Positions 53,578-63,200 of a DNA stretch of 64,000 nt are shown piece after piece. Numbering within the stretch: position 1 is the first letter of the stretch; every line of letters begins with the position of its first letter. The DNA lies in assembly GCA_964580065.1 (NCBI GenBank), contig CAZOJE010000001.1, forward strand, positions 23,717-87,716, given 5' to 3'. The translations under genes and the position numbers were made by a program. The notes below the pieces were generated by a model, which was not told the origin of the DNA, ran no database searches, and was given only the letters and a program-made list of their open reading frames with translations. The stretch is from an uncultured Candidatus Saccharibacteria bacterium (GTDB taxonomy: Bacteria; Patescibacteriota; UBA1384; DTJR01).

Positions 53578-53645
53578 GTCTGCTGGATTGATCAAGAACG
53601 ACCATTTTTGGTCAGAATCAGCAGACAAAAAGGAGATGAAAGAAG

Positions 53646-53996
53646 ATGGGTGAAGTAACCGAAGGACTGGCCAACGAGCTGAAGCCGCTTTTTGAGAGGG
53701 GCGAGACTCTCATAGACAGCGAGGAGGAAAAGGCGCGTTTCTTGAAGGAAGCCAGGATTCTCTTCAGTGTAGAGATTCGCTGGGGACATTCTGCCGGTAG
53801 AGACTACTGGCTTCGTGCAGGTCATACCGAGTTCATCACATCTTGCGCCACCTCGCTGTCTCGCCAAGATGCCATTGGGAGGGCAATCTGGTGGCTAGAC
53901 AGAAAACCTTACTTCCAGTCGGAGTTCTTCAAAACCCATCGGAGTGAATTGCTTCAACACCCGGGGGTTCCTCTAATCCGTCGCGGGTTGATCTGA
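53646..53996 (+). CDS. hypothetical protein
   Basis: AAGGAG SD. 116-aa ORF. Terminator downstream at 54001-54035. Confidence 0.4.
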   Translation: MGEVTEGLANELKPLFERGETLIDSEEEKARFLKEARILFSVEIRWGHSAGRDYWLRAGHTEFITSCATSLSRQDAIGRAIWWLDRKPYFQSEFFKTHRSELLQHPGVPLIRRGLI

Positions 53997-54000
53997 CATT

Positions 54001-54035
54001 CCGGGCGGCCGCTTTTTGCGGCCGCCCTTTCTCTT
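54001..54035 (+). terminator. Rho-independent terminator (GGGCGGCCGC-TTTTT-GCGGCCGCCC)
   Basis: 10-bp palindromic GC stem. Confidence 0.65.
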
Positions 54036-54090
54036 ACTCCTTGATTCTGTTTACTCTTGTTTTTGTTATATTTTAGATTATATTTGAAAC

Positions 54091-54855
54091 ATGATTAACA
54101 ACAAAAAAGTTTTTGCAATTGTGATGGCGGGCGGCAAGGGCACGCGCATTGGCGCTACAGATTTTCCAAAAGTAATGTTTACCGTGGCGGACAAACCAAT
54201 TATTGAATGGGCTTTGCGGCCGTTGGAGCAGTTAAAAAAAGACGGCCTGATTGATCGCATTCTTGTTATCGTTGGTTTTAAAGGCGACAAAATTATTGAT
54301 TATCTCAAAGATCGTGTTGAATATGTTTGGCAAAAAGAACAGTTGGGAACGGCGCACGCTGTGCAAATGGCCGAAAATTTATTGGCTAACGAAGAAGGAA
54401 TTACAGTCATTGTCAACGGTGACCATGCCCTTTATTCAGCAGCTACTTATGAAAAAATGCTCAAAACTTATACTGACAAAGATTTGACGCTGGCATTTGC
54501 CACAGTTGAATCGGCTAGCCGTTTTGATTCTTACGGACGAGTGCTGCGCGGCGATAAAGGAGAAATAAAAGGTGTGGTGGAAGTTCCCGAAGCCACCGAG
54601 GCCGAGCTGAAAATAAAAGAAAAGAGTATCAATTTATACGCGGTTGACAATGAGTGGCTTTTTGGCGTTTTGCCGGACATTAAGCAAAGCGCGGCCAAAA
54701 AAGAATATTATATTGTGGATATTGTTAAAAAAGCTATTGATCAGGGCAAAAAAGTAGCAACGGTTGGAGTTGACGACGAGGACGAGGCCTTGGGCATTAA
54801 TACTTTAGACGACCGAGCGGAAGTTGAAGGAATTCTGCGCGCCAGACAATTTTAA
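54091..54855 (+). CDS. sugar-phosphate nucleotidyltransferase (GlmU N-terminal-domain-like; no acetyltransferase domain)
   Basis: AIVMAGGKGTRIG...QLGTAHAV matches the nucleotidyltransferase signature. Confidence 0.8.
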   Translation: MINNKKVFAIVMAGGKGTRIGATDFPKVMFTVADKPIIEWALRPLEQLKKDGLIDRILVIVGFKGDKIIDYLKDRVEYVWQKEQLGTAHAVQMAENLLANEEGITVIVNGDHALYSAATYEKMLKTYTDKDLTLAFATVESASRFDSYGRVLRGDKGEIKGVVEVPEATEAELKIKEKSINLYAVDNEWLFGVLPDIKQSAAKKEYYIVDIVKKAIDQGKKVATVGVDDEDEALGINTLDDRAEVEGILRARQF

Positions 54856-54932
54856 AAATTAGTGAGTTTCAGAATTTAATGCAACATTTTTGAGCTTTGT
54901 TTGTATTCTTTCAATAACTCGCTGATCTGATA

Positions 54933-54961
54933 TTGACAGTCTACCCTTATCGGGGTAGAAT
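54933..54961 (+). promoter_or_regulatory. strong sigma-70-like promoter TTGACA-17 bp-TAGAAT. The spacer contains the palindrome CTACCC..GGGTAG.
   Basis: Consensus -35 and a near-consensus -10 with 17-bp spacing, at the start of a 630-bp non-coding interval. Confidence 0.55.
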
Positions 54962-54967
54962 TTTAAA

Positions 54968-55466
54968 CGTGAATACAAACCTGACAATAGATCAAAAGCA
55001 AACAGCCATTTATTTTGGCAGTTTTTGCTTTTCTAAATGGATGACCGGAGAGCGGTTTTGAGGTAGAGATACATAATTTCCCCTCAAAACCGCTCCGCCC
55101 CACGGAGCGGTTTTATTTTGACAAGGGGGGTGGGACAGTGGCCGGCTTTACTTAGCCGCACATGGCTCTGCTTCTCTAGCAGAGCCGGGGGTCAGCCCCT
55201 TATAGCTGCGTTCGTTGAAAACGGGTTCGCCCGTGCACTTTTCAACCATGTTTCTTCCTTTTAGCCGACGTATGAAGCAAGGGGGAAGGTACGTCTAGGA
55301 CTTCGGTCCTCGGTTGATTCGTGCGATAGCGAGTGGGAAAGGGTCCGGGTCTCTGCCCTTCCCTTCGGCTTCGGCCGAAAAAAGAGACCCCCACGGGACG
55401 GTGAGGTTTCCGCCTCACCGTCCCGACCAGTTTACCAGACGAAGACCCCGTGGGTCTTTTTTTGTT
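54968..55466 (+). ncRNA. candidate structured non-coding transcript of about 500 nt (unidentified). It begins with an attenuator and contains UUCG tetraloop hairpins; a terminator closes it at the 3' end.
   Basis: No plausible ORF. GC-rich stem-loops include GGACTTCGGTCC, GGCTTCGGCC, GGGACGGTGAGG...CCTCACCGTCCC and GGCTCTGC...GCAGAGCC. A terminator (AGACCCCGTGGGTCTTTTTTT) at 55443-55466 closes the region. Does not match the RNase P, tmRNA or SRP consensus as I recall them. Confidence 0.3.
55045..55118 (+). promoter_or_regulatory. terminator/antiterminator-type alternative hairpins. Segment 1 CCGGAGAGCGGTTTTGAGG and segment 3 CGGAGCGGTTTT are both complementary to segment 2 CCTCAAAACCGCTCCG.
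   Basis: Pairing 1:2 is a 14-bp perfect stem. Pairing 2:3 is an 8-bp stem followed by a T-run (terminator). The two pairings are mutually exclusive. Confidence 0.45.
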
Positions 55467-55491
55467 GGAATTATTTGTTAACTTTTAATCA

Positions 55492-56226
55492 ATGAAATCT
55501 TATTCGACTTATGGCATTATCATTAAAAAAAGAAATTTTCTTGAAAAAGACCGGATTTTAACTATTTTTTCCCGAGATAGGGGAAAAATCGAGATTTTAT
55601 CCAAAGGTTGTCGTCGCCCGGGGTCGAAATTGTCCTATTGTTCGGATTTGGGTGTGGTCGGTAGATTTTTTCTCCATGCCGGCAAAAGTCTGGATATTTT
55701 AACGGATTTTCAGCCGATTTTTTATCCTCAAGAAATTACTGGCGATTATGAAAAAACTAATTTCATGGGTGCGATTTTTTCGATCGTCAACAAGCTTTTT
55801 GAGTTTGATCAGCCCCACCGTAAAACTTATGCGTTATTGTGCGAAATCGTGGAAAATTTGAACGAAACTTCGGTTAAATTGAACGGAGTTGTTTTTTGGG
55901 CTAAATTAAGCGAAGATTTGGGCATCAGGCCGAATTTAAACACTTGCCCTGTTTGCAAAGATAGCATCAATTCTCGGGACGATTTATGTTTCAATGAGGA
56001 AGGAGAGATTTTTCACCGCCATTGCCGCGATTTGAGCAGAAAAATTTCAACAGATGCGGTTAAGTTTATAAAATTACTTTTAGATAAAGACTTATTTTTT
56101 ATCCGGCGGATTAAAGCTAGTGCAAATGTTTTAACCGAAGCCGAGGATTATTTTGAAACATATTTTGTCTGGCATTTTGGTAAGATTATTAATGAAGCGA
56201 CATTAAGACATTTTCGGTTAATATGA
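55492..56226 (+). CDS. recO: DNA repair protein RecO
   Basis: N-terminal OB-fold region (YGIIIKKRNFLEKDRILTIFSRDRGKI) and a C-terminal C..C...H.C zinc motif. Confidence 0.75.
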   Translation: MKSYSTYGIIIKKRNFLEKDRILTIFSRDRGKIEILSKGCRRPGSKLSYCSDLGVVGRFFLHAGKSLDILTDFQPIFYPQEITGDYEKTNFMGAIFSIVNKLFEFDQPHRKTYALLCEIVENLNETSVKLNGVVFWAKLSEDLGIRPNLNTCPVCKDSINSRDDLCFNEEGEIFHRHCRDLSRKISTDAVKFIKLLLDKDLFFIRRIKASANVLTEAEDYFETYFVWHFGKIINEATLRHFRLI

Positions 56227-57317
56227 ACGAAATAGAAATAAATTTGAACGCGATTAACGCCAACGTAAATTATTTTCGTGGTTTGTTGGAGACGGAAACA
56301 AAACTCATCGGCGTAGTGAAAGCCAACGCTTATGGCCACGGTCTCGTGGAGACGGGGAGGGTTATTTGGACGTCGGGGGCGGATATTTTGGCAACGACTT
56401 CTGTGGCTGAAGCGGTTATGTTGAGATTAGAAAAAATCAAAGCGCCAATCATTGTGTTGGGTGCGATCGAAAAAGGAGATTTTCAGAGAATAATTGATTT
56501 TGATTTAACGGTGACTATATATGATTTTGAAACGGCTTATCAGCTGGCCAGAGCGGCTAAAGCGGAAAATAAGTGGGTGAAACTTGATTTAAAAATTGAT
56601 ACGGGTCTTAGCCGTTATGGCTTTAAACCGCCGGAGTTGCTTGAAAATTATCGCAAAATTAGTGCTCTTGAGCATGTTAAAGTAGTGGGGATTCATTCCC
56701 ATTTTGCCAATGTATCTGATAAGGATTTTTCTAAAGAACAGATTAAACTAATGCAGGCGGTGCTGTTCTCTTTTCAGCAAAATTCTCTTGAAATTCCGAT
56801 GACGCACATGGCGGCAACTGATGCAACGGTGAATTTTCCCGAAGCTCATTTTGACGCAGTCCGAATCGGCATTGGCCTATATGGCTATGGAACATTTGAC
56901 GGTTATGGGGAGGCGCTGAAACCGGCTCTTGAGCTAAAAAGCACAATTTCTTGCATAAGGATTGTCGGCAAGGGAGAAACGGTGGGCTACAGGCAAACCT
57001 ACAAAGCCAAAGAAGCAATCAAAGCGGCGGTGATTCCACTGGGTTATTTTGACGGTTATCCCAGGGCCTTGTCGAATAAGGCGGAGGTCTTGATTGGCGG
57101 CAAAAGAGCTAAAGTGATCGGATTGGTTTGTATGAATGCCATGTTGGCTGATGTTACAGGTATTAAATGCGCTGTTGGCGACGAAGTTACTTTAATTGGG
57201 CGACAAGGTAATGAAATGGTCACGGCAATGGAATTAGCCCATAAAATAGATACTATCCCGCATGAAATTTTGTGTCGCTTGCCGGAACATTTACCAAGAA
57301 AACACTGTTTTAAATAA
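56223..57317 (+). CDS. alr: alanine racemase
   Basis: PLP-binding VVKANAYGHG. Full-length conservation. Confidence 0.9.
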   Translation: MNEIEINLNAINANVNYFRGLLETETKLIGVVKANAYGHGLVETGRVIWTSGADILATTSVAEAVMLRLEKIKAPIIVLGAIEKGDFQRIIDFDLTVTIYDFETAYQLARAAKAENKWVKLDLKIDTGLSRYGFKPPELLENYRKISALEHVKVVGIHSHFANVSDKDFSKEQIKLMQAVLFSFQQNSLEIPMTHMAATDATVNFPEAHFDAVRIGIGLYGYGTFDGYGEALKPALELKSTISCIRIVGKGETVGYRQTYKAKEAIKAAVIPLGYFDGYPRALSNKAEVLIGGKRAKVIGLVCMNAMLADVTGIKCAVGDEVTLIGRQGNEMVTAMELAHKIDTIPHEILCRLPEHLPRKHCFK

Positions 57318-57369
57318 GAACTATTTAGAAGTTTTTCGATCGTGTTTTTTGTTCGTCTTTTGTTCTATC

Positions 57370-57429
57370 TTGACACCTTATTCCAACAGGATTAATATGG
57401 GTCAAGTGGAATAAGGTGGGGAAAAGTGG
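57370..57429 (+). promoter_or_regulatory. mraZ promoter (TTGACA-17 bp-TAATAT) followed by three GTGG direct repeats at exact 10-bp spacing (MraZ operator)
   Basis: AAGTGGaataAGGTGGggaaAAGTGGtgaa immediately upstream of mraZ. This matches the known MraZ autoregulatory arrangement. Confidence 0.65.
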
Positions 57430-57442
57430 TGAATAAACGAAG

Positions 57443-57874
57443 ATGTTTATTGGGCAATACGAACATTCTGTTGATCAAAAAGGGCGGGCGGCTGTACCCG
57501 CAGAATTCAGGAGACACCTTGTTGATGGCTCGATTATTACTAAAGGGCTTGATGGGTGCCTTTTTCTTTTCCCCAAAAATAAATGGCAGTCATTGGCAAA
57601 AAACATTGGTGAATTGCCGATAAGCAAATCGGCGGCAAGGTTATACGCCCGATTAATCTTAGCCAATGCCAGCGAAGTGGAATTTGACAATCAGGGAAGA
57701 ATATTAATACCCGCCTACCTTCGAGGGTACGCAACAATTAAAACAAAAATAATCTTCACGGGGGTTTACGACCGTATTGAAATATGGGATAAGCAATCGT
57801 GGAAGAAGTTATCTGAAAAAACAGATAAAAGCGTCGGCGAAATTGTCGAACAGCTGTCGGAGTTGGGGGTTTAA
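57443..57874 (+). CDS. mraZ: transcriptional regulator MraZ
   Basis: Duplicated SpoVT-AbrB-like halves with DxKGR (VDQKGR / DNQGR). Confidence 0.9.
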   Translation: MFIGQYEHSVDQKGRAAVPAEFRRHLVDGSIITKGLDGCLFLFPKNKWQSLAKNIGELPISKSAARLYARLILANASEVEFDNQGRILIPAYLRGYATIKTKIIFTGVYDRIEIWDKQSWKKLSEKTDKSVGEIVEQLSELGV

Positions 57875-58064
57875 CTCGTGGCTAGAGGCGTGAGGTGTTG
57901 GCCCCAGGCCATCTGCCCGCGAGAAATATTTGTATGAGCGGTGTGCCGACACATTGCAAAATGTAGAGGAGGGGAAGCTTTTCTGAAGGAGGGTTAACCC
58001 GGATTTGGAAAAGTATCGTCAAACACATCGCTCATACAAAACAATAAGGTCATTGATATTTTCC

Positions 58065-58940
58065 ATGCACCACATACCCGTTTTGTTAAATGAAGTTATC
58101 CAATATTTAGAACCCGAGAACGGGGACATATTTGTGGACGCAACGTTTGGTTTCGGCGGCCATTCCAGAGAAATTGCTTCGCAGTTGGGGCCAAATGGCC
58201 GGATAATCGGTATCGAAAAAGACTTTGCCGTTTATGATATCGATTGTGCCGACAAAACTTTGAGCGACCATCGGCTCACGCTGGTCAGAGATGATTTTAA
58301 AAACATTGATTTGATCCTTGAAAAGGAGGGGGTTTCTAAAGTAAATAAAATCCTTTTTGATTTGGGCGTTTCTTCTTATCATTTTGACGAATCGGAAAAA
58401 GGTTTCAGTTTTTCCGGCGACCAACCGCTTGATATGCGCCTAGATACACAAAGTGGTGTTACCGCTCAAGATTTGATTAACGGTTTGACGGAAAAAGAGC
58501 TGGCTGACTTGTTTTATAATCTTGCCGACGAAAGAGCGTCGCGGCAAATCGCCAAACGGATCATTCTGGAGAGAAAAAAGGAAAAAATTGCCTCAACAGC
58601 CAGATTAGTTGAAATTGTTTCGAAAGCAAAAACTGGCGGGAGGATCAATCCGGCGACAAAGGTTTTTCAGGCCTTGAGAATGGCAGTCAATGACGAGCTT
58701 GGCGTAATCAAAGAAGCTCTGCCGAAGGCGATAAATTTATTGGAAAAAGGGGGGAGATTAGCGGTTATTAGTTTTCATTCGGGAGAGGACAGAATCGTAA
58801 AAAATATTTTTAAAGATTTTGCAAAAATTAATGAAGTAAAAATTTTAACAAAAAAACCGGTTTCAGCGAGCATAACAGAGATTCGTCAGAATCCACGTTC
58901 TAGAAGCGCTAAACTAAGGGTTGTAGAAAGGAATACATGA
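58065..58940 (+). CDS. rsmH: 16S rRNA (cytosine1402-N4)-methyltransferase
   Basis: HIPVLL.EV...L.......VDATFGFGGHS matches the MraW signature. Confidence 0.9.
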   Translation: MHHIPVLLNEVIQYLEPENGDIFVDATFGFGGHSREIASQLGPNGRIIGIEKDFAVYDIDCADKTLSDHRLTLVRDDFKNIDLILEKEGVSKVNKILFDLGVSSYHFDESEKGFSFSGDQPLDMRLDTQSGVTAQDLINGLTEKELADLFYNLADERASRQIAKRIILERKKEKIASTARLVEIVSKAKTGGRINPATKVFQALRMAVNDELGVIKEALPKAINLLEKGGRLAVISFHSGEDRIVKNIFKDFAKINEVKILTKKPVSASITEIRQNPRSRSAKLRVVERNT

Positions 58941-59245
58941 TAACAGTTGGCCAAAGAGACATCAATCTAGGACAGAGAAAAAGAGGAATTTCGCGTAAAG
59001 TTGTCTTTGGTCCAGGATCACTTAAGGTCATCGCCTTTATTATTTTGGCGGCATTTTCATTTTTTTATTTATCACAATCGAGTCAAAGTGCGACCAAAAC
59101 AATTCAGGTTTCGGATCTCGAACAAAAAGAAAAAGATATTACAGCAGAAAAGGAACGCTTAGAAGTAGAATCAAGTCGTTTAAAAGCGCTGTCGGTTATT
59201 CAAGAAAAAGCCAAGGAAAAGGGCATGGAGCAAGTCACCCAATAA
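58937..59245 (+). CDS. ftsL: cell division protein FtsL-like (TM + coiled coil)
   Basis: Single TM helix, short coiled coil, positioned between rsmH and ftsI. Confidence 0.6.
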   Translation: MITVGQRDINLGQRKRGISRKVVFGPGSLKVIAFIILAAFSFFYLSQSSQSATKTIQVSDLEQKEKDITAEKERLEVESSRLKALSVIQEKAKEKGMEQVTQ

Positions 59246-59251
59246 AATATT

Positions 59252-61015
59252 ATGAAGGTGACACAATCTCCAATGAACACTGAAAATATCCGACTAGGAG
59301 TGGTCTCCTGGGTTTTTTTAATTCTGACCTTAGTTATTTTAGTGCGGCTTTGCGATAGGCAATTAATCAGACGTGATACCTATGTGGCAATGGCCCAAAA
59401 ACAGTATTATACCGAGACAAAGCAAGAAGCAAAAAGGGGCAAAGTTTATATTCAAGATAAAGATAGCCAAGATCTCATTGATGAATCGAAGTCGGGACTT
59501 TTTTCTGTAGCAACAGATTTGGAACTTTTTAATCTTGTTATTGTGCCAAAACAAGTTAAGGACAAGCAGGTGGTGGCGGATAAACTATCAGGAATAATTG
59601 GTGAAGATGCTAAGGCAATTTTCGACAAGATAAATTGTGACAAATGGTATGTCCCCCCGATTAAGAAAAAAATTCCTAAAGAAACGGCCGATAAAATTGA
59701 CAATCTTAATTTGGCGGGCGTTTTTCTTCAGGGGGAATATTCGCGATTTTATCCGGAAAATGATTTTCTTTCTCAAGTTCTTGGTTTTGTTGATTATCAA
59801 GGCGATGGCAAATACGGTATCGAAGAATACTATGACGGAATACTTAAGGGCGAAGGTGGCACGATCAAGGGGCTTAAGGATAATAATGGCCATGTTATTA
59901 AACAGGAAGAAAGTGATCCGGGCAAGGACGGCTCGGATATTGTTTTAACGATCGATCGCAGTGTCCAATATATGGCGGAAAAAAAACTCAAGGAAGGAAT
60001 CGAAAAGTATGGGGCGGAGGGTGGTTCGATTGTAATTATGAATCCCCAAGATGGCAGCATTTTGGCGATGGCCTCAAATCCGTCGTACGATCCAAATAAA
60101 TTTAACGAAATTAGCGGTGACGGGCAAAGCATCTTTTTAAATCCCGCTTCATCGCTAGCTTGGGAACCCGGGTCAATTTTTAAGCCAGTTGTAACGGCGG
60201 CGGCCATTAACGAAAAGAAGGTTGATGTTGATTCTAAACCAGATGAAATTCCAGGCGGATTTAAAAATTCTATTACGGTCGACGGCTATGAAATTCACAA
60301 TTCTCAAGATAAATCCTTTGGCTACGAAACGGTAATGCAAATATTAGAAAACTCGGACAATGTTGGTATGGTTTGGATTGCAAATAAACTTGGCAATGAG
60401 CTTTTGGGCAATTTTATTAAAAAAATGGGATTTGGTACCAAGACCGGACTCGATTTAGCGGGTGAGTCAACGGGCAAAGTGAGTCCGTCAAAGCAATGGC
60501 GCGATGTTAACCGTGCCACTATTTCCTTTGGCCAAGGTATAACGGTTACTCCAATTCAAATTGTTAGTGCTTACAGCGCCATTGCCAATAAAGGAAAATA
60601 CGTTAAGCCACATCTTTTGGATAAAATTATTGATCCCAATGGCAACGAAAAAAAAGCCGATTCCGGTCAAGGAGAGCAAATGCTTTCCGAAGAGGACTGC
60701 AACAAGGTCACGCAAATGCTTATTTCGGTAGTGGAAAATGGTCACGGTAAAAAAGCGGCGGTTAGCGGCTTCAAGGTGGCGGGTAAAACCGGTACAGCCC
60801 AAGTTGCCAAAGCTGAAGGCGGCTATGAAGAAAACGCCTTCATCGGATCTTTTGCTGGCTACGCGCCGGCCTATGATCCTAAATTTGTAATGCTGGTAAA
60901 ATTAAATAAACCAAAAAATGTGGAATGGGCAGAAAGTTCGGCGGCGCCAATTTTTGGTGAAATGGCTGATTGGTTGCTTAATAGTTATTATCGAGTTCCC
61001 AAAACGGAACAATAG
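59252..61015 (+). CDS. ftsI: penicillin-binding protein (FtsI/PBP2-type transpeptidase)
   Basis: N-terminal TM. SIFK (SxxK), SDN and KTGT motifs. Confidence 0.9.
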   Translation: MKVTQSPMNTENIRLGVVSWVFLILTLVILVRLCDRQLIRRDTYVAMAQKQYYTETKQEAKRGKVYIQDKDSQDLIDESKSGLFSVATDLELFNLVIVPKQVKDKQVVADKLSGIIGEDAKAIFDKINCDKWYVPPIKKKIPKETADKIDNLNLAGVFLQGEYSRFYPENDFLSQVLGFVDYQGDGKYGIEEYYDGILKGEGGTIKGLKDNNGHVIKQEESDPGKDGSDIVLTIDRSVQYMAEKKLKEGIEKYGAEGGSIVIMNPQDGSILAMASNPSYDPNKFNEISGDGQSIFLNPASSLAWEPGSIFKPVVTAAAINEKKVDVDSKPDEIPGGFKNSITVDGYEIHNSQDKSFGYETVMQILENSDNVGMVWIANKLGNELLGNFIKKMGFGTKTGLDLAGESTGKVSPSKQWRDVNRATISFGQGITVTPIQIVSAYSAIANKGKYVKPHLLDKIIDPNGNEKKADSGQGEQMLSEEDCNKVTQMLISVVENGHGKKAAVSGFKVAGKTGTAQVAKAEGGYEENAFIGSFAGYAPAYDPKFVMLVKLNKPKNVEWAESSAAPIFGEMADWLLNSYYRVPKTEQ

Positions 61016-61023
61016 GCAAATAA

Positions 61024-62178
61024 ATGAAAGATTTTTTTAGATATTTTCTTGAATCAGAATTAAAGTTTTTTGCGGCTAAGTTAATTAAAAAATTTAAACC
61101 GTTCGTAATTGGTGTGACCGGCAGTTCTGGGAAAACTACGGTCAAATATATGATTGGCGAAATGATGAGAGCATCTGGGAAAAAAGTTAGAGCCGGAGCG
61201 TCTAATCTAAATACGGAAACCGGACTACCTTTGGCGATTTTAGGATATGAACAGGCGCCTGAAACGATTTTGCAATGGCTGGCTGTGTGCCTGGGTGTGC
61301 CGTGGAGGTATTTATTTACCAGCCAACTGCCAGAATTTTTAGTTTTAGAATATGCCGCCGACAAACCGGGTGATATTAAATATTTAACCAGCATTGTTCG
61401 GCCGCAAATAGCGGTTATCACTAATATTGGTGTTGCTCATATTGAAATTTTTAAAACGGTCGACAAAATTGCGCGGGAAAAATGGAATTTAGCCTCGGCA
61501 GCTGAAGAAAAAATCATTTGTTTTAAAAAGGATTACGCCAAAGTGAGCGATCATGCCGCGCGAGCCGAGCTTATTTTGGTCGAAGAAGGGCCGATTAAAA
61601 TTACCGCCGTTAAATATTTGCCCAATCAAACGACGATGAATATTGGTCTTTATGGCGATATAATTTCGACACAAACATCATTTTTAGGCGAACATAATAT
61701 TGCTAATCTTCAAATTAGCTTAATCGCTTCTTATCTCGCCGGAGGCGATTTTAAAAAAATTGTTCGAGCGGTTGAAACAATCAAACCGCAAGCCGGCCGA
61801 GGGATGAGGATCATCGGGCGCAACGAGGTTGTTATAATTGATGAAAGCTATAACGCTAACCCACTGTCGATGATGGCGGCTTTAAGTAATTTAGCTAATG
61901 TTAAGTATTCCCGCAAAGTGGCCGTGCTGGGGGAGATGATGGAGATTGGCCCTGTCAGCCAGAAGTCTCATCACGAAGTGGCTAAATATGCTCGCGAAGT
62001 GGCTGATTTCATTGTTGGCGTAGGCGGCAAATTCAAAGAGGAAAAACTTGATCTCTGGTACCCTAATGTGACAGAATTAAGCAAGATGGCCGAAGATATA
62101 ATCAAGAAAGGCGATATTGTGTTGGTTAAAGGTTCTCACTCTAATCGTCTAGATAAATTTGTGGAGATATTAAAATAA
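61024..62178 (+). CDS. murF: Mur ligase family protein, MurF-like (short; N-terminal domain reduced)
   Basis: VIGVTGSSGKTT P-loop. Mur ligase middle and C-terminal domains. Position before mraY. Confidence 0.65.
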   Translation: MKDFFRYFLESELKFFAAKLIKKFKPFVIGVTGSSGKTTVKYMIGEMMRASGKKVRAGASNLNTETGLPLAILGYEQAPETILQWLAVCLGVPWRYLFTSQLPEFLVLEYAADKPGDIKYLTSIVRPQIAVITNIGVAHIEIFKTVDKIAREKWNLASAAEEKIICFKKDYAKVSDHAARAELILVEEGPIKITAVKYLPNQTTMNIGLYGDIISTQTSFLGEHNIANLQISLIASYLAGGDFKKIVRAVETIKPQAGRGMRIIGRNEVVIIDESYNANPLSMMAALSNLANVKYSRKVAVLGEMMEIGPVSQKSHHEVAKYAREVADFIVGVGGKFKEEKLDLWYPNVTELSKMAEDIIKKGDIVLVKGSHSNRLDKFVEILK

Positions 62179-63200
62179 TGAACAGTTTTTCTGTCAACAG
62201 CACAGATCTTTTTAGTATTTTGGTTTATTTTTCAATATCATTTTTGATCGCTTGGTTTGCCACGCCATTTTTAACGGATTTTTTGTACAAAAACAGGATT
62301 GGCAAGAAAATTCGCGATGTCGATTACGCCGGTAAGAAAACGCCAATTTTTTCCAAACTGCATCAAGCAAAAGAAAATACACCAACTTTGGGCGGAGTTT
62401 TAATTTGGGGGACTGCTTCGATTGTTACATTTGTGGCAAATTTCACGCGAACAGGAACACTTTTGCCAGTTTTCACCTTAATCGCTTCTGGCGTTATTGG
62501 CGCTATCGACGATCTGATGAATGTTTTCGGTGTCGGTTTTGCCCGTGGCGGTATGAGATTTAGAACGAAATTCGTCTTTTATTTTCTTGTTTCGCTGGCC
62601 GGCGCTTTGTGGTTTGCTTTTAAGCTTGATTGGATTAACCGATCTTTTGTTTTTGGGCCGGGCAGTGTTGTTTTGGGATATTATTACATACCAATTTTTA
62701 TTCTTGTGGCTATTTTCACCGCTTTTTCCGCCAACCAGACCGATGGTTTGGACGGTTTGGCTGGCGGGGTTTTCGCCTTTGCTTACGGGGCTTATACTTT
62801 TATTTGCCTGCTGAAAGGCAATTATTCCTTGGCTCTTTTTTGCGCCACGATTATGGGCAGCATCCTCGCTTTTTTGTGGTTTAATATTTATCCTGCCCGT
62901 TTTTTTATGGGTGATACGGGAGCAATGAGTTTGGGCATGACGCTGGCGGTTATTGCCTTTTTGACGAATACTGTTTACGCTTTGCCTTTTATTGGCTTAA
63001 TTTTGATAGTGGAGGCGATTACGACAATTATTCAGATTATCAGCAAGAAAGTTTTTAAAAGAAAAGTATTTCTGGTTGCCCCAATCCATCACCATTTCGA
63101 AGCAAAGGGTTGGCCGGAAACCAAGGTGACAATGAGGTTTTGGATTGTTTCAGCGGTTTCCACGGCAATCGGACTATGTATGGTTTTGATATATGGCTAA
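62178..63200 (+). CDS. mraY: phospho-N-acetylmuramoyl-pentapeptide transferase
   Basis: Ten TM helices. NQTDGLDGLAGG. Full-length conservation. Confidence 0.9.
   Translation: MNSFSVNSTDLFSILVYFSISFLIAWFATPFLTDFLYKNRIGKKIRDVDYAGKKTPIFSKLHQAKENTPTLGGVLIWGTASIVTFVANFTRTGTLLPVFTLIASGVIGAIDDLMNVFGVGFARGGMRFRTKFVFYFLVSLAGALWFAFKLDWINRSFVFGPGSVVLGYYYIPIFILVAIFTAFSANQTDGLDGLAGGVFAFAYGAYTFICLLKGNYSLALFCATIMGSILAFLWFNIYPARFFMGDTGAMSLGMTLAVIAFLTNTVYALPFIGLILIVEAITTIIQIISKKVFKRKVFLVAPIHHHFEAKGWPETKVTMRFWIVSAVSTAIGLCMVLIYG

Noticed and set aside
54968-55466. RNase P RNA, tmRNA or SRP RNA identity for the structured non-coding region
   Set aside because: GGGAAAGGGTCCGGGTCTC loosely resembles the RNase P P4 strand. 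However, it lies near the 3' end with no partner P4 strand. No tRNA-like terminus with CCA is present for tmRNA. No GGAA-capped domain IV is present for SRP. Left as unidentified.
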